A stretch of 47,971 bases of DNA, from the NCBI GenBank assembly GCA_041661685.1, contig JBAZTY010000003.1, positions 135,550 through 183,520 of the forward strand, in the 5' to 3' direction. The translations under genes and the position numbers were made by a program. This document shows positions 1 through 9,717 of the stretch, piece by piece; positions within the stretch are counted from its first letter, which is position 1, and the number at the start of each line of letters is the position of its first letter. This stretch comes from Patescibacteria group bacterium. Lineage in GTDB: Bacteria > Patescibacteriota > Patescibacteriia > Patescibacteriales > UBA12465. The notes beneath the pieces are model-generated. The model saw only the letters and a program-made list of their open reading frames with translations, was not told the DNA's origin and did no database searches.

Positions 1-1503
1 ATAGGATTGGATATTTCTCTTACCCGCTTTATTTAAAACATCATAACGGCGCTCCATCTCGTTCAAACACCACTTCAAGGCGTTAATAGTCTTATTGACG
101 TCAGTGATAACCGGAGTTAATAAATGAGGAATGCCATTATAAGTCGGGAGCTCTACCCGCTTCGGATCAACCATAATGAAGCGCAAGTCATCCGGATTAT
201 TCTGATATAATAAGCTGACAATAATCGCATTCAAGCAGACGGATTTTCCGGAATTAGTCGCGCCAGCAACCAGCAAGTGAGGCATCTTTGTCAGGTCATA
301 AAGCCAAGCCGTGCCGGCGACATCCTTGCCGAGCGCCACGAACAGATTATTCTTGCGGGCTTTAAAAGCGTCGTCCTCTAATATCTCTCTCAAGCCGACA
401 ATAGCTTTCGCCTTATTCGGAACTTCGATGCCGACTAATGATTTTCCCGGAATCGGCGCTTCAATTCTGATCGGATGCGCGGCCAGCGCCAAAGATAAAT
501 CATTATTAAGAGTAGTGATACGAGATAACTTCACACCTTCAGCTGGCCGGAAAGTATATTGAGTAACGGTCGGACCAACTTTTGTTTCTCCCATTTCCAC
601 ATCAATGCCAAACTTTTCTAAAGTCTTCTTAATTTTTAAACCGTTGACTTCCGTATCGCCGCCGATAGCCTTGCTGAATTTATTATTCAATAATTCCAAA
701 GGCATATCGATCTTGATTGACCGCTTCGGCCAAACAATTTTTTCTTGAACCTTCTTCCCTTCTTTCTTGACGGCCGGGCTGACAATCTCGTCCGTTTCTT
801 CTTCCTCTTCTTCGACTTTTTCTAATTTCGCCGGGATTTCTTTCTTCTGCCAAGCTCCAAGCGCTTCTGTTTTTGCTTCATCGATCAGTTTTTTACCTTC
901 ATCTTCATCTTCGGCAGAAGACGAAAATAAATTCTGGAAGAAAAGGCCAAAAGGCTTGAAAATCTTCGCAAAGATGCTATCGCGCCCGACTATCCTGGCT
1001 AAAGAAGTGTTGAATACCAAAACTATGGAAATTAATAACAGAGCAATCAGGACTAATATGCCTCCCCAGAGGCCAAAAATATAAAAGAATAATTGGCTCA
1101 GATATAAGCCAACATAGCCACCGCCGATGCCTTCAATAACCGAGCCCTTCCACTCCGCTAACGGAAGAAAAAAATGGAATAAAGTCTGGTAAGAGACGAA
1201 TAATAAGAACAGACCGAGAAAATCAGTGAACTTTAAAGGCTTCTGAGATTTACGGATCAAGATCAATGCCCAATATAGAACGATTAAAGGGACGAGCCAT
1301 TTGCCGAAACCAAAAATCAGCGTCAGCCACTTAGAAACAAATAAGCCGAAATGACCGGATAAATTGAATAATCCGAGGAGGCTGACCAGGCCAAAAACCA
1401 GCAGGAAAACGATAGCAATGCTGCGCTTAGCCTTATCGTCGAGATCAAATTCCGGCAAAGCGATATAATCAAGCGGATTGGAGTTTTTCTTTTTGCGGCC
1501 CAT
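1..1503 (-). CDS. ftsK: FtsK/SpoIIIE DNA translocase (N-terminal part; runs off the left edge)
   Basis: Not in the ORF track. Manual translation from ATG at 1503 gives MGRKKKNSNPLDYIALPEFDL..., N-terminal TM helices, and Walker A MPHLLVAGATNSGKSV followed by MVDPKRVEL. Confidence 0.95.
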   Translation of the reverse strand, partial: MGRKKKNSNPLDYIALPEFDLDDKAKRSIAIVFLLVFGLVSLLGLFNLSGHFGLFVSKWLTLIFGFGKWLVPLIVLYWALILIRKSQKPLKFTDFLGLFLLFVSYQTLFHFFLPLAEWKGSVIEGIGGGYVGLYLSQLFFYIFGLWGGILVLIALLLISIVLVFNTSLARIVGRDSIFAKIFKPFGLFFQNLFSSSAEDEDEGKKLIDEAKTEALGAWQKKEIPAKLEKVEEEEEETDEIVSPAVKKEGKKVQEKIVWPKRSIKIDMPLELLNNKFSKAIGGDTEVNGLKIKKTLEKFGIDVEMGETKVGPTVTQYTFRPAEGVKLSRITTLNNDLSLALAAHPIRIEAPIPGKSLVGIEVPNKAKAIVGLREILEDDAFKARKNNLFVALGKDVAGTAWLYDLTKMPHLLVAGATNSGKSVCLNAIIVSLLYQNNPDDLRFIMVDPKRVELPTYNGIPHLLTPVITDVNKTINALKWCLNEMERRYDVLNKAGKRNIQSY

Positions 1504-1556
1504 ACTTAAATGATGATGATTAATAATGATCCTATTATATCACACGCTAAACCAAT

Positions 1557-1581
1557 AAAAAAGCTCGGTTTTAACCGAGCT
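1557..1581 (-). terminator. Intrinsic terminator of the yebC...CDF operon
   Basis: AGCTCGGTT-TT-AACCGAGCT hairpin with an A-tract on the + strand (U-tract on -). Confidence 0.7.
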
Positions 1582-1595
1582 CTGGCTAGCGGCCA

Positions 1596-2621
1596 TTAAT
1601 TTATTTCAATGTCAATAAAGACAGCTTGCGGCACTTGGGCGCGAATCTTCTTCTCGATCTCATCTATCTTGCGCCCGACCAGGCGCGGTACCCTGTCCAT
1701 ATAATCCACGGAAAACTTCATGAAATTCTCATAGCTCAATCTAGCTTCCTCATACTCGTTCTCCAGGAAATGATGCTTAGATAACTCCCTGATCAAGGAA
1801 GAAGCGTTAAATTCAATATCGCATTTGATTAGATACTTATCGACATCCAAGATGGCCGATTTAAAATCTAAGACCTTCTCAACAGTCGGATCATTGTTTA
1901 AGATATCGATAATCAATTCTTCAATGTCTTTTGGAATAGACTTAGTAATTAAGTAATTACGGTTCTTAGCAATCAATATAATGGCAGCGACTCCCAATAA
2001 GACGCCAATGACGATAGAGCCAATCGCATCCCAATAGGCCCGACCGGTCAGATAGGCTAGCACGATACTCGAAAGGGCGACGAAAACGCCGACGACAGCC
2101 AGGCCATCTTCATAAACTACGGCCAGAGTCGTCGGATCAGCTTCGGCCATTATCTTTTCCATCTTCTCATCAGGAAAATGTTTTTTCAGATCGCGAACAG
2201 CCAGCCAGAGCGTGAAAGATTCGATGACGAGAGCGGTTAATAAGATATAAAGATTTAAAGGGTTAAAATGAGCTTCTTGTCCGCTGATTAAGGCCGTAAT
2301 GCCATGATAAGTCGTGATGCCACAACCGATAAAAAAAATACCGCAGGCGGAAATGAGCGCCCAGATGAAGCGCTCTTTGCCATAACCATAAGGATAATCT
2401 TCATCCGGCTTCTTCACGGACCGGCGGACGCCGATAATCAAGAGCGATTGATTAGCGGTATCAGCTAAACTGTGAATAGCTTCAGAAAACATCGCGCCAG
2501 AACCAGTAACCGCAAAACCGAAGAATTTCGCCGTGCAGACGACGGCATTGCCTGTAAAAGCGGCGATGACCGGCAGAAGCCCGGAAATCTTACCGCCTTT
2601 TCCTGTTTGAGCGCTTATCAT
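1596..2621 (-). CDS. Cation diffusion facilitator (CDF) metal transporter
   Basis: Motifs SEAIHSLAD, YPYGYGKE and EDGLA; about 6 TM helices plus a C-terminal cytosolic domain. Confidence 0.9.
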   Translation of the reverse strand: MISAQTGKGGKISGLLPVIAAFTGNAVVCTAKFFGFAVTGSGAMFSEAIHSLADTANQSLLIIGVRRSVKKPDEDYPYGYGKERFIWALISACGIFFIGCGITTYHGITALISGQEAHFNPLNLYILLTALVIESFTLWLAVRDLKKHFPDEKMEKIMAEADPTTLAVVYEDGLAVVGVFVALSSIVLAYLTGRAYWDAIGSIVIGVLLGVAAIILIAKNRNYLITKSIPKDIEELIIDILNNDPTVEKVLDFKSAILDVDKYLIKCDIEFNASSLIRELSKHHFLENEYEEARLSYENFMKFSVDYMDRVPRLVGRKIDEIEKKIRAQVPQAVFIDIEIN

Positions 2622-2641
2622 AATTTATAAATATTAATAGA

Positions 2642-3673
2642 CTATTTTACCAGTTTCCCGGCATATTGCAAAAAATCGTGCGAAGCGGAGGCGACGCGCT
2701 TCCGGGCTTTAGCGAATTTATGCCGATACCCAGCGCTATCCTTCACAACCAGTTTCGCTCGTTTCAAGAGTGCCCCCATCTTTAAATCGCCCAGTTCCAC
2801 AACCAATTCCGGACAGCCGATGAAGCGCGCAAAATTGCGATTACGCAAATCGTAGGCAACATTAATTTCCGGAGTAAGCGCACCGGCCGCCATAACACAA
2901 GAATGGAGCATCATGCCAATGACCAAATCTAAGGTTCCATAAAAGCCTTTCTGCGCGGCTGGAGCCAAATCAATAACTTTCAGATTTTTTATCTGTAAAC
3001 GAGGGTGAATCTTCTCCTCGCCAGGATGATGCTTAAGATAATAGACTTGGGCGCCATAATTATCTTGAAAATATTCTGCCGTCTCTTTATAGGCTTTCAA
3101 GATATCCTGCTCCCAGCGGCCGAATCCCAGCCAGCCGGAATAATTAAGGTTCAATCCGAGCTTAAAGCCTGGCTTAATCTTAACGGGTTTGATTTCTTCC
3201 AGGCAAAAAGCTGGGTCGCCAATAACCTTGACTTTGGCCGCAGGAATCCCCTGCTTGACTAGGAATCTTTTAGTATAATTTTCCCGCACCCCAATGAGAT
3301 CGGCCTTTCCCGCCAAAGTAATAATACTGTCGCGCTCTATCTTCTTCAAAGCCGGTGCGCCGACTTCACGAATATAACCGACGCCATAAATGACTAAAGG
3401 AATTTTAATGGCGGCAATCATCTCTCCGGAAAACGGCAAGAAATATCTATAAAAAACGCCGCCGCCGCCGAAAACAGCTAAATCGGCGCGATTAATAGCC
3501 GCGGCTTGGCGCGAATCCATCGTCTTTAAGACTTCGATGGGAAAATCAATTATCTTCACGCCCGGATAAACAACTCGAAGCTGTTCCTGAACGGCCAAGA
3601 CTATACCTAAATCTCCCTTATTAGTCTTATCCCAAACATGGATGTGCGCGATTGACAACGGCTTTGACGACAT
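2642..3673 (-). CDS. Polysaccharide pyruvyl transferase family protein (WcaK/CsaB-like)
   Basis: Motifs NKGD, GGGG, YGVG, GVRE, GDPAF and GMMLHS. Confidence 0.85.
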   Translation of the reverse strand: MSSKPLSIAHIHVWDKTNKGDLGIVLAVQEQLRVVYPGVKIIDFPIEVLKTMDSRQAAAINRADLAVFGGGGVFYRYFLPFSGEMIAAIKIPLVIYGVGYIREVGAPALKKIERDSIITLAGKADLIGVRENYTKRFLVKQGIPAAKVKVIGDPAFCLEEIKPVKIKPGFKLGLNLNYSGWLGFGRWEQDILKAYKETAEYFQDNYGAQVYYLKHHPGEEKIHPRLQIKNLKVIDLAPAAQKGFYGTLDLVIGMMLHSCVMAAGALTPEINVAYDLRNRNFARFIGCPELVVELGDLKMGALLKRAKLVVKDSAGYRHKFAKARKRVASASHDFLQYAGKLVK

Positions 3674-3676
3674 AAT

Positions 3677-4699
3677 TTATAATTTTAAATTAGCTTTGAC
3701 CTGCCGGATTAATTCGACAGCGGCCTTCTCGTCATTATTAAATTTCAGAAGCCAATAAGTCGCCGTCCTGATAGATGTCCAATTATAATATAAGTCTATC
3801 CGAGTTCGTAGATCGCTCGTCATTTTCTGTCCGGCCGCCGCCAGATAAGTATCTAGAAATAGATTTTCCATCACGAGAGCCGACGTGACATCGCCGACTT
3901 TCCTGATGAACTTGTACTCCAGCTGCTGTAAGAAAGAACCGAGGTCGCGCGCGTGATCTGCTAAGCAAATATCAGTGAAATCAATCAGGCCGACCCTATC
4001 TAAAGAAGTCTGGATAATATTCTCCGGATGGGCGTCGCCATGAATCAGAGATAGTTTTCCGCCATTCTGGAAATAAGCTTCTTCTTTCTCAATAAAATAA
4101 GCATAGATGCGGCGCAGGTCCTCATCATATTTTCCGGGGAAACGAGCCGCCACTTCCTTGAGGATATTGTCCGACCCGGGAATGACTGTCCTGATCCGAG
4201 AATTGATCGGATTGAAATTAGCCCGTTCGTCGACCGGCAAAGAATGCAGCCGGGCGAATAATTTCGCGCTGGCGACGATGATCTTCTCGACCGTATCGAA
4301 ATCTTTATTCTTGATGAAATGCAGGAGGCTCTCACCTTTCAAGCCGCGATAGAAAGTGCCCCGAAAATAAGGAGAATAGAATAAAGGATCGGGAAGATCA
4401 TTATTTTCATTCGGAAAGCCGGCCGCCCAAAGGTATTTGAGCGCCAGATAGACATTCTCCCGCTCTTCGCTGCTATGCGCCGAACAGACAATCGGAATCT
4501 TATCTTCCGTTCCGTCCGCTTTAGCGAAATAAACAGTAAAGCTGATGACGACATGATAGGTCGTCTCCCAGATTAATTCTTTATAGGGTTTGATCACGAC
4601 TCGATTGATAGCGATGAAAGCGGGATAATGCGGCAGAACTTCTTTTTGGAATAATTCCACGACATAAGCTTCATCGAATAGCTGTAAAATCTTATTCAT
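3677..4699 (-). CDS. APH/choline-kinase-fold phosphotransferase
   Basis: ARLH, Brenner motif IHGDAHPENI, LIDF and ARDLG. Start placed at 4699 because of the ATGA overlap with the GH57 stop. Confidence 0.8.
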   Translation of the reverse strand: MNKILQLFDEAYVVELFQKEVLPHYPAFIAINRVVIKPYKELIWETTYHVVISFTVYFAKADGTEDKIPIVCSAHSSEERENVYLALKYLWAAGFPNENNDLPDPLFYSPYFRGTFYRGLKGESLLHFIKNKDFDTVEKIIVASAKLFARLHSLPVDERANFNPINSRIRTVIPGSDNILKEVAARFPGKYDEDLRRIYAYFIEKEEAYFQNGGKLSLIHGDAHPENIIQTSLDRVGLIDFTDICLADHARDLGSFLQQLEYKFIRKVGDVTSALVMENLFLDTYLAAAGQKMTSDLRTRIDLYYNWTSIRTATYWLLKFNNDEKAAVELIRQVKANLKL

Positions 4700-5865
4700 A
4701 CGGTTTTCTGCCAATGCTTTTTCCAATGGCTTTCCCAAATTAATTTTTTTATTTTAAGATAGCAAGCTTCAGCTTCCAATTTCTTCTTCTTAGTCTTAAA
4801 ATCGGCGAACGAACGGACGGAGCGAATCGTGTCTTCCAAACCGCGCTCAATCTCGTCCGGGCTCCAGGCATAGGGACCATAAATCTTAGAAAAATCATGA
4901 GCGCTCGCCCACCAGAAAGTACAACTGGCCAAGCCGCGGACTAAGTGCCAGCGGTGCCAATAAAAATTCTTATCATTCTTATATTTAACTCCCAAAGCAA
5001 GGGATAAGTTAGCGAGTTTCCAAAGATTGGCCTGAATCTTATTATTCTTATCGAGCCAGAGATGATAAGGATGGTCGCTCTTCACGTCTTTCGGGCTTGA
5101 TTCCCAAGAAGAGGCTCTCAATTCCGTCTTTTCGCCTCTGCTTTTGACTGACTTAATGAAAGCGGACAGAGTTGCGGTGCGCAGATCCTTAGATTTAGCG
5201 ATCTTTTCTATCTCCGCCGTCGGATCTTCATGGCGCAGACCATAGAGCTCAGCATCGGTCGCGGTCAGCACGATCTTGTCTTCTTTAACCATCGGCCAGA
5301 TCCTATCGGGCGGATAAGCGCTAGAAATAGCGCGATCACGGAAGACAACTTTCAAGCCGCTAGCGGCGTCGACATAAACTTTTCCGGCTTCCGGATGATG
5401 CGAGGTAGCAGCACTATAGGCCATCTCATCAAGAATAATCCAAGAATAGCCGAGACGCTTCACTAATTTCGATAGAGCCGGAGAATAAGCCATCTCCGGA
5501 AGAAAAAATCCGGCCGGCTTAAAACTCTTGCCAAAATGCTTCCGCAAGATCTTTTCATTCGTCTTGATCTGGCGGATAACTTCTGTTTCCGGCAAGAGCG
5601 GCAAGAAACCGTGATAAGCGGCTGAACCGGTAAGTTCAATGCGTCCTTTCTTAACCAAAAATTTTAAGCGATCAAGGAAGACCGTCTCTTTCTCATCCTC
5701 TAAGCGTTCTAATAAGCAGCCGCTCACATTCCAGGTCGCGCGCAATTCCGGGTGTTCTTCCATTAAACGCAATAAGCGCCAATAACTCTTATCCAGAGCC
5801 TTGTGGATGCTGTAAGATTCGGCGTTAGCCGGCTGATAAAAATGCAAGAAATTAAGCCAGAGCAT
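4696..5865 (-). CDS. Glycoside hydrolase family 57 protein
   Basis: HFYQP, ELTGSAAYH, nucleophile motif LPEMAY, TDAELYG and SSW. Confidence 0.9.
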   Translation of the reverse strand: MLWLNFLHFYQPANAESYSIHKALDKSYWRLLRLMEEHPELRATWNVSGCLLERLEDEKETVFLDRLKFLVKKGRIELTGSAAYHGFLPLLPETEVIRQIKTNEKILRKHFGKSFKPAGFFLPEMAYSPALSKLVKRLGYSWIILDEMAYSAATSHHPEAGKVYVDAASGLKVVFRDRAISSAYPPDRIWPMVKEDKIVLTATDAELYGLRHEDPTAEIEKIAKSKDLRTATLSAFIKSVKSRGEKTELRASSWESSPKDVKSDHPYHLWLDKNNKIQANLWKLANLSLALGVKYKNDKNFYWHRWHLVRGLASCTFWWASAHDFSKIYGPYAWSPDEIERGLEDTIRSVRSFADFKTKKKKLEAEACYLKIKKLIWESHWKKHWQKTV

Positions 5866-5882
5866 ATATTTTTATAATATTC

Positions 5883-7355
5883 TTATTTTTTATACTTAAG
5901 CGCTTTCTGATAAAGTTCTAAATATTTCTTGGCCGGAATCTCCCAACTATGGGAGCGCTTCATTGCCCTCTTAATCAAAGCTTCCCAGACGGATTTATGC
6001 TTGAAGTTTTCTAGAGCGGAAATGATTGCCGTATAAAATAGGGTTTCGTCCTCAGCCTTAAAAGTGAAACCAGTCCCCTTTCCAGTCGCCGGATTAAAAT
6101 TCTCGACCGTATCATGAAGCCCGCCAATCTCCCGGACTATCGGAATACAGCCATAGCGCATCGCAATCAGCTGATTAATGCCGCAAGGCTCATGGTTGGA
6201 GGGCAATAAGAAGAAATCCGAACCAGCATAGACCAAGGTCTCATATTTCTGATTAGCCTCGTGCGACGGCACGACGACTAATTGCTTAGAATATTTACGC
6301 GCTATCTTCTGCAATTCCTTAATATATTTCTTATCACCCGAACCGATGATGATGAATTGCGCGTCTATCTTCACGAGCTGCGGGAAGATCTTAATGATCA
6401 GCTCGAAGCCTTTCTGGAAAGTCACCCGGGAAGTCGTGCAAAAGATCGGCACGTCCTTATTGACCGGCAAGCCGAAGAGCTTCTGCAGATATTTTTTATT
6501 ATCCGCCTTAGCGGCCGGGTTAGAAAAAGAATAGCGCTTAGCCAAACCTTTGTCTTTCTCCGGATTATAAGAATTGTAATCAATGCCGTTGATAATTCCA
6601 AACAAACGATCGGAGCGGTTCTTTAAGATGCGCTGCAAATCCTGGCCGAAACGCTTAGTCATAATCTCTTCGCGATAATTCTCGCTGACGGTATTAATGA
6701 CATCAGCGGACAGGATGGCGCGCTTGGCAAAATTAATATTTTCGATAGCCGGATCAGACAGATGCGGCAGGCGAGAGCGGCCATAGTCCTTCGCTGACGG
6801 AGGTATCTCCCACCAATTATGACCGAGCTGGAAAATCAGATTATGAATAGTAAAGACGGTTTTAGCTTTCTCTAAAGTCTTGGAATAACGGAAATCAGTC
6901 TTCAAGTAATATGGAATAAGCCCTGTCTGCCAGTCATGGCAATGGATGATATCAGCCGAAAATTTTAGAAGCGATAATAATTTCAAAGCGGCCACATTAA
7001 AGACTAAAAAGCGGGCGTTCTCATTGGACGACCCATAAATATGGCGATGCTGCGAAAAGAATTTCGGATATTCCACAAAATAAACCGGCAAGCCGGGCAT
7101 GAGATAGCCTTTCCAATAACTAACCTTAACGCTCTCTTGGCTATTCAAGTGCAGAGTCACGTTCTCTTGCACCAAGCGCAGATCATTTTCTTTCTTATCT
7201 ATCAAGCGGCCGTAGAGAGGCGTGATAATGATCACATCCTGCCCTAATCTTTTCAAAGCCTTGGGCAGGCTGCGCGCCACGTCAGCCATGCCGCCAGTCT
7301 TAGAGAAAGGCGCGACCTCTGAAGAAATATGAACAATCTTTAATTTTTTGGGCAT
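5883..7355 (-). CDS. glgA: Glycogen/starch synthase (GT5)
   Basis: KTGGMADV, HCHDWQ, FTIHNL, NGID, QKG and EPCGINQ. Confidence 0.95.
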   Translation of the reverse strand: MPKKLKIVHISSEVAPFSKTGGMADVARSLPKALKRLGQDVIIITPLYGRLIDKKENDLRLVQENVTLHLNSQESVKVSYWKGYLMPGLPVYFVEYPKFFSQHRHIYGSSNENARFLVFNVAALKLLSLLKFSADIIHCHDWQTGLIPYYLKTDFRYSKTLEKAKTVFTIHNLIFQLGHNWWEIPPSAKDYGRSRLPHLSDPAIENINFAKRAILSADVINTVSENYREEIMTKRFGQDLQRILKNRSDRLFGIINGIDYNSYNPEKDKGLAKRYSFSNPAAKADNKKYLQKLFGLPVNKDVPIFCTTSRVTFQKGFELIIKIFPQLVKIDAQFIIIGSGDKKYIKELQKIARKYSKQLVVVPSHEANQKYETLVYAGSDFFLLPSNHEPCGINQLIAMRYGCIPIVREIGGLHDTVENFNPATGKGTGFTFKAEDETLFYTAIISALENFKHKSVWEALIKRAMKRSHSWEIPAKKYLELYQKALKYKK

Positions 7356-7828
7356 AAACGCGAATTTAAGGCGCAGATAGCAATGGCGAGCGCATCAGCC
7401 GCATCATCGGGCTGAGGCAGGACAGACAGCTTAAGTATCAGCTTTACCATTTTCTGCACTTGTTTCTTAGGAGCCTGGCCATAAGCGGACACGGCTTGCT
7501 TCACTTGCGCCGGCGTAAAATCTATGACTGGCAAGCCGTTCTGCTTGAGCGTCAACAGCGCGACGCCGCGCGCTTGACCGACTATCAAAGCGGTCCGGAC
7601 ATTCTTATTAAAAAATAATTGCTCGATCGCGGCTAAATCAGGCTGATACTTCTTGATTATCTGATCTAACTCGGAATTAAGGACCAGTAAACGGGCGGTC
7701 AGATCTTCTCCGGCCTTAGTCTTGATTGAACCATAAGCCAAGCAGGTTAATTTACCGCCCTCGTCTTTGATTAATCCATAGCCGGTATCAGCTATTCCCG
7801 GATCAATCCCTAAGATAATCTTGGCCAT
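7340..7828 (-). CDS. ruvC: Holliday junction resolvase RuvC
   Basis: GIDPG, IEQLFF, GQARG and DDAADALA. Confidence 0.97.
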   Translation of the reverse strand: MAKIILGIDPGIADTGYGLIKDEGGKLTCLAYGSIKTKAGEDLTARLLVLNSELDQIIKKYQPDLAAIEQLFFNKNVRTALIVGQARGVALLTLKQNGLPVIDFTPAQVKQAVSAYGQAPKKQVQKMVKLILKLSVLPQPDDAADALAIAICALNSRLCPKN

Positions 7829-7839
7829 AAGCCGAGAAT

Positions 7840-8559
7840 TTATAATAAATTAGAATAATAGTCGTTAACGTCTTCGTTGCTATCCAATTCTTCAAAAAAT
7901 TTGTCCATCTTTTCCGTCTGCTCCGCCGGCAATTCGATCTTATCTTTAGCGACGTATTCGATTTCCGCCGCTTCCGGCTTCAAGCCTTTAGAGGCTAATA
8001 AATCGCAAACCTTCTGCAGGTCTTTTACTTCCGTATAGATAGTGAGGCCCTCTTCTTCTTTCTTGAAGTCGACAATGCCGAGATCAATCAATTCTAATTC
8101 CAGCTCATCGCCGCTAATCTTCTTCTCTCTCGCGGCTTCGCTAGAAACGCGGACGACTCCGAGCTGGGAAAAATTCCATAAGACTGAACCGAAAGCGCCG
8201 CCGTTCTTAGTGAAAAGATGGCGGACGGTCGAGCCGCTTCGATTCTTATTGTCAGTCAAGCATTTGACCACGATTTGGACATTCGGCGGCACAACGCCTT
8301 CATAGAATAATTCTTCAACCTGTTCGCCGCCTAATTCGCCCGTACCCTTCTTGATGGCTCTTTCAATATTATCTTTAGGCATACTGGCATCGCGCGCGCG
8401 ATCGACGGCCGCTCTTAAAGACGGATTAGCATTAATATCACCGCCTTTTCTCGCGGCGATAGTGATAACGTTGGCTAATTTAGTAAAAACGGCGCCGCGC
8501 TTAGCGTCGACTAATTCTTTCTGACGATGGGTGGTCGCCCACTTGGAATGTCCAGACAT
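7840..8559 (-). CDS. yebC: YebC/PmpR family protein
   Basis: MSGHSKW start at 8559, NIERAIKKG and LTDNKNR. Confidence 0.95.
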   Translation of the reverse strand: MSGHSKWATTHRQKELVDAKRGAVFTKLANVITIAARKGGDINANPSLRAAVDRARDASMPKDNIERAIKKGTGELGGEQVEELFYEGVVPPNVQIVVKCLTDNKNRSGSTVRHLFTKNGGAFGSVLWNFSQLGVVRVSSEAAREKKISGDELELELIDLGIVDFKKEEEGLTIYTEVKDLQKVCDLLASKGLKPEAAEIEYVAKDKIELPAEQTEKMDKFFEELDSNEDVNDYYSNLL

Positions 8560-8696
8560 AAAAAAATTGATTATATTATTTTCTGGCCGCACGGATACGG
8601 CGCCAGAGGAGGGCTCCTCTCACCAAACTTTAGCGTAAATTGAAATAAAAATCAAGATGAATTATAATGAAAATACTAGTAAAATAACCAAAAAAT

Positions 8697-9617
8697 ATGA
8701 AAACTTTAAATTTGCCCAATCTTGATGAAAGCGTGCTCGCTGCTCTCGACTTCTTCATTAAGAATAAGCCGCCGCGCCTGAATCTAAAACATTTTTATTT
8801 TCCAATCGTCGTCGGCAGCGGCAATGCCTATAATACCGGCCTGGCCATTTTTGGGAATCAGCCAGCCATAATCGCTAATGAGAGCAATTTTAAGCAAACC
8901 TGCCAAAATTATCAAGCGTTAATTAAGGCTAGAAAGATAACCCAAGCCATCATCATTTCTGCGAGCGGCGAGAAGGACTCTATCTGGGAAACAGAGTTAG
9001 CTAAAAAGCATGGCCTAAAAACGACTTTATTAACCTGCAACGAAAATTCTAGCGCCGCCAAGATAGCCGATAAAACCATCGCCTACAGAAAATTACCGGA
9101 ACCATATACTTATAATACTTCTACCTATCTGGGGATGTTTATTTCTGCAAGCGGTGAAAAGGCGGCCGACATCAAGAAATTCATCTCCAGATTAAGCTTA
9201 GGAAGAATACTAAAAAAGCATGAAGCTTACGCCTTCATACTGCCGGATGAATTTGCCGCTATTACTCCGATGCTAGAAATAAAGAAGAATGAGCTGTTCG
9301 GGCCGCATTTATCCTTGCGCGCTTTCACTTACGGCGAGGCGCGGCATGCCAAATTCGTTCATCCTTGGAAAAAAGAATTAGTCATCAGCCTTGGCAGAAA
9401 TGAATATTTCGGAGATAAAAAGCACCGTCTCGAAATAAAATTGCCGAAAAACGCCAACATCGCCCTAGTAATGGCCCTGACTTATTATATAACCGGCCGT
9501 ATCCAGAGAATTATGCCTCCATATTTCAAAAAAAATATCGCCGGATTCTGCTTAGATTACGGCTATAAAGCCTACGGCCAGAAAAAGCCTTTCGAGATTA
9601 TTGTCCCAGGGAATTGA
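8697..9617 (+). CDS. SIS-domain sugar isomerase/deaminase-like protein
   Basis: VGSGNAY, ISASGE, and GEARHA (compare GlmS GELKHG); no glutaminase domain. Confidence 0.65.
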   Translation: MKTLNLPNLDESVLAALDFFIKNKPPRLNLKHFYFPIVVGSGNAYNTGLAIFGNQPAIIANESNFKQTCQNYQALIKARKITQAIIISASGEKDSIWETELAKKHGLKTTLLTCNENSSAAKIADKTIAYRKLPEPYTYNTSTYLGMFISASGEKAADIKKFISRLSLGRILKKHEAYAFILPDEFAAITPMLEIKKNELFGPHLSLRAFTYGEARHAKFVHPWKKELVISLGRNEYFGDKKHRLEIKLPKNANIALVMALTYYITGRIQRIMPPYFKKNIAGFCLDYGYKAYGQKKPFEIIVPGN

Positions 9618-9717
9618 AAATAAACGCGGAAAAGGATAGTATAGAAAGCGGCTTAATCAAACCCATATCAGCGAATCAATCAAGCGACAATTCAAGAAAA
9701 TAGGGGTAGAAACCGGC

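Noticed and set aside
311..1084. Plus-strand ORFs 311-562 and 767-1084
   Set aside because: Antisense shadows of ftsK, which the ORF track missed because it has no stop in the window.
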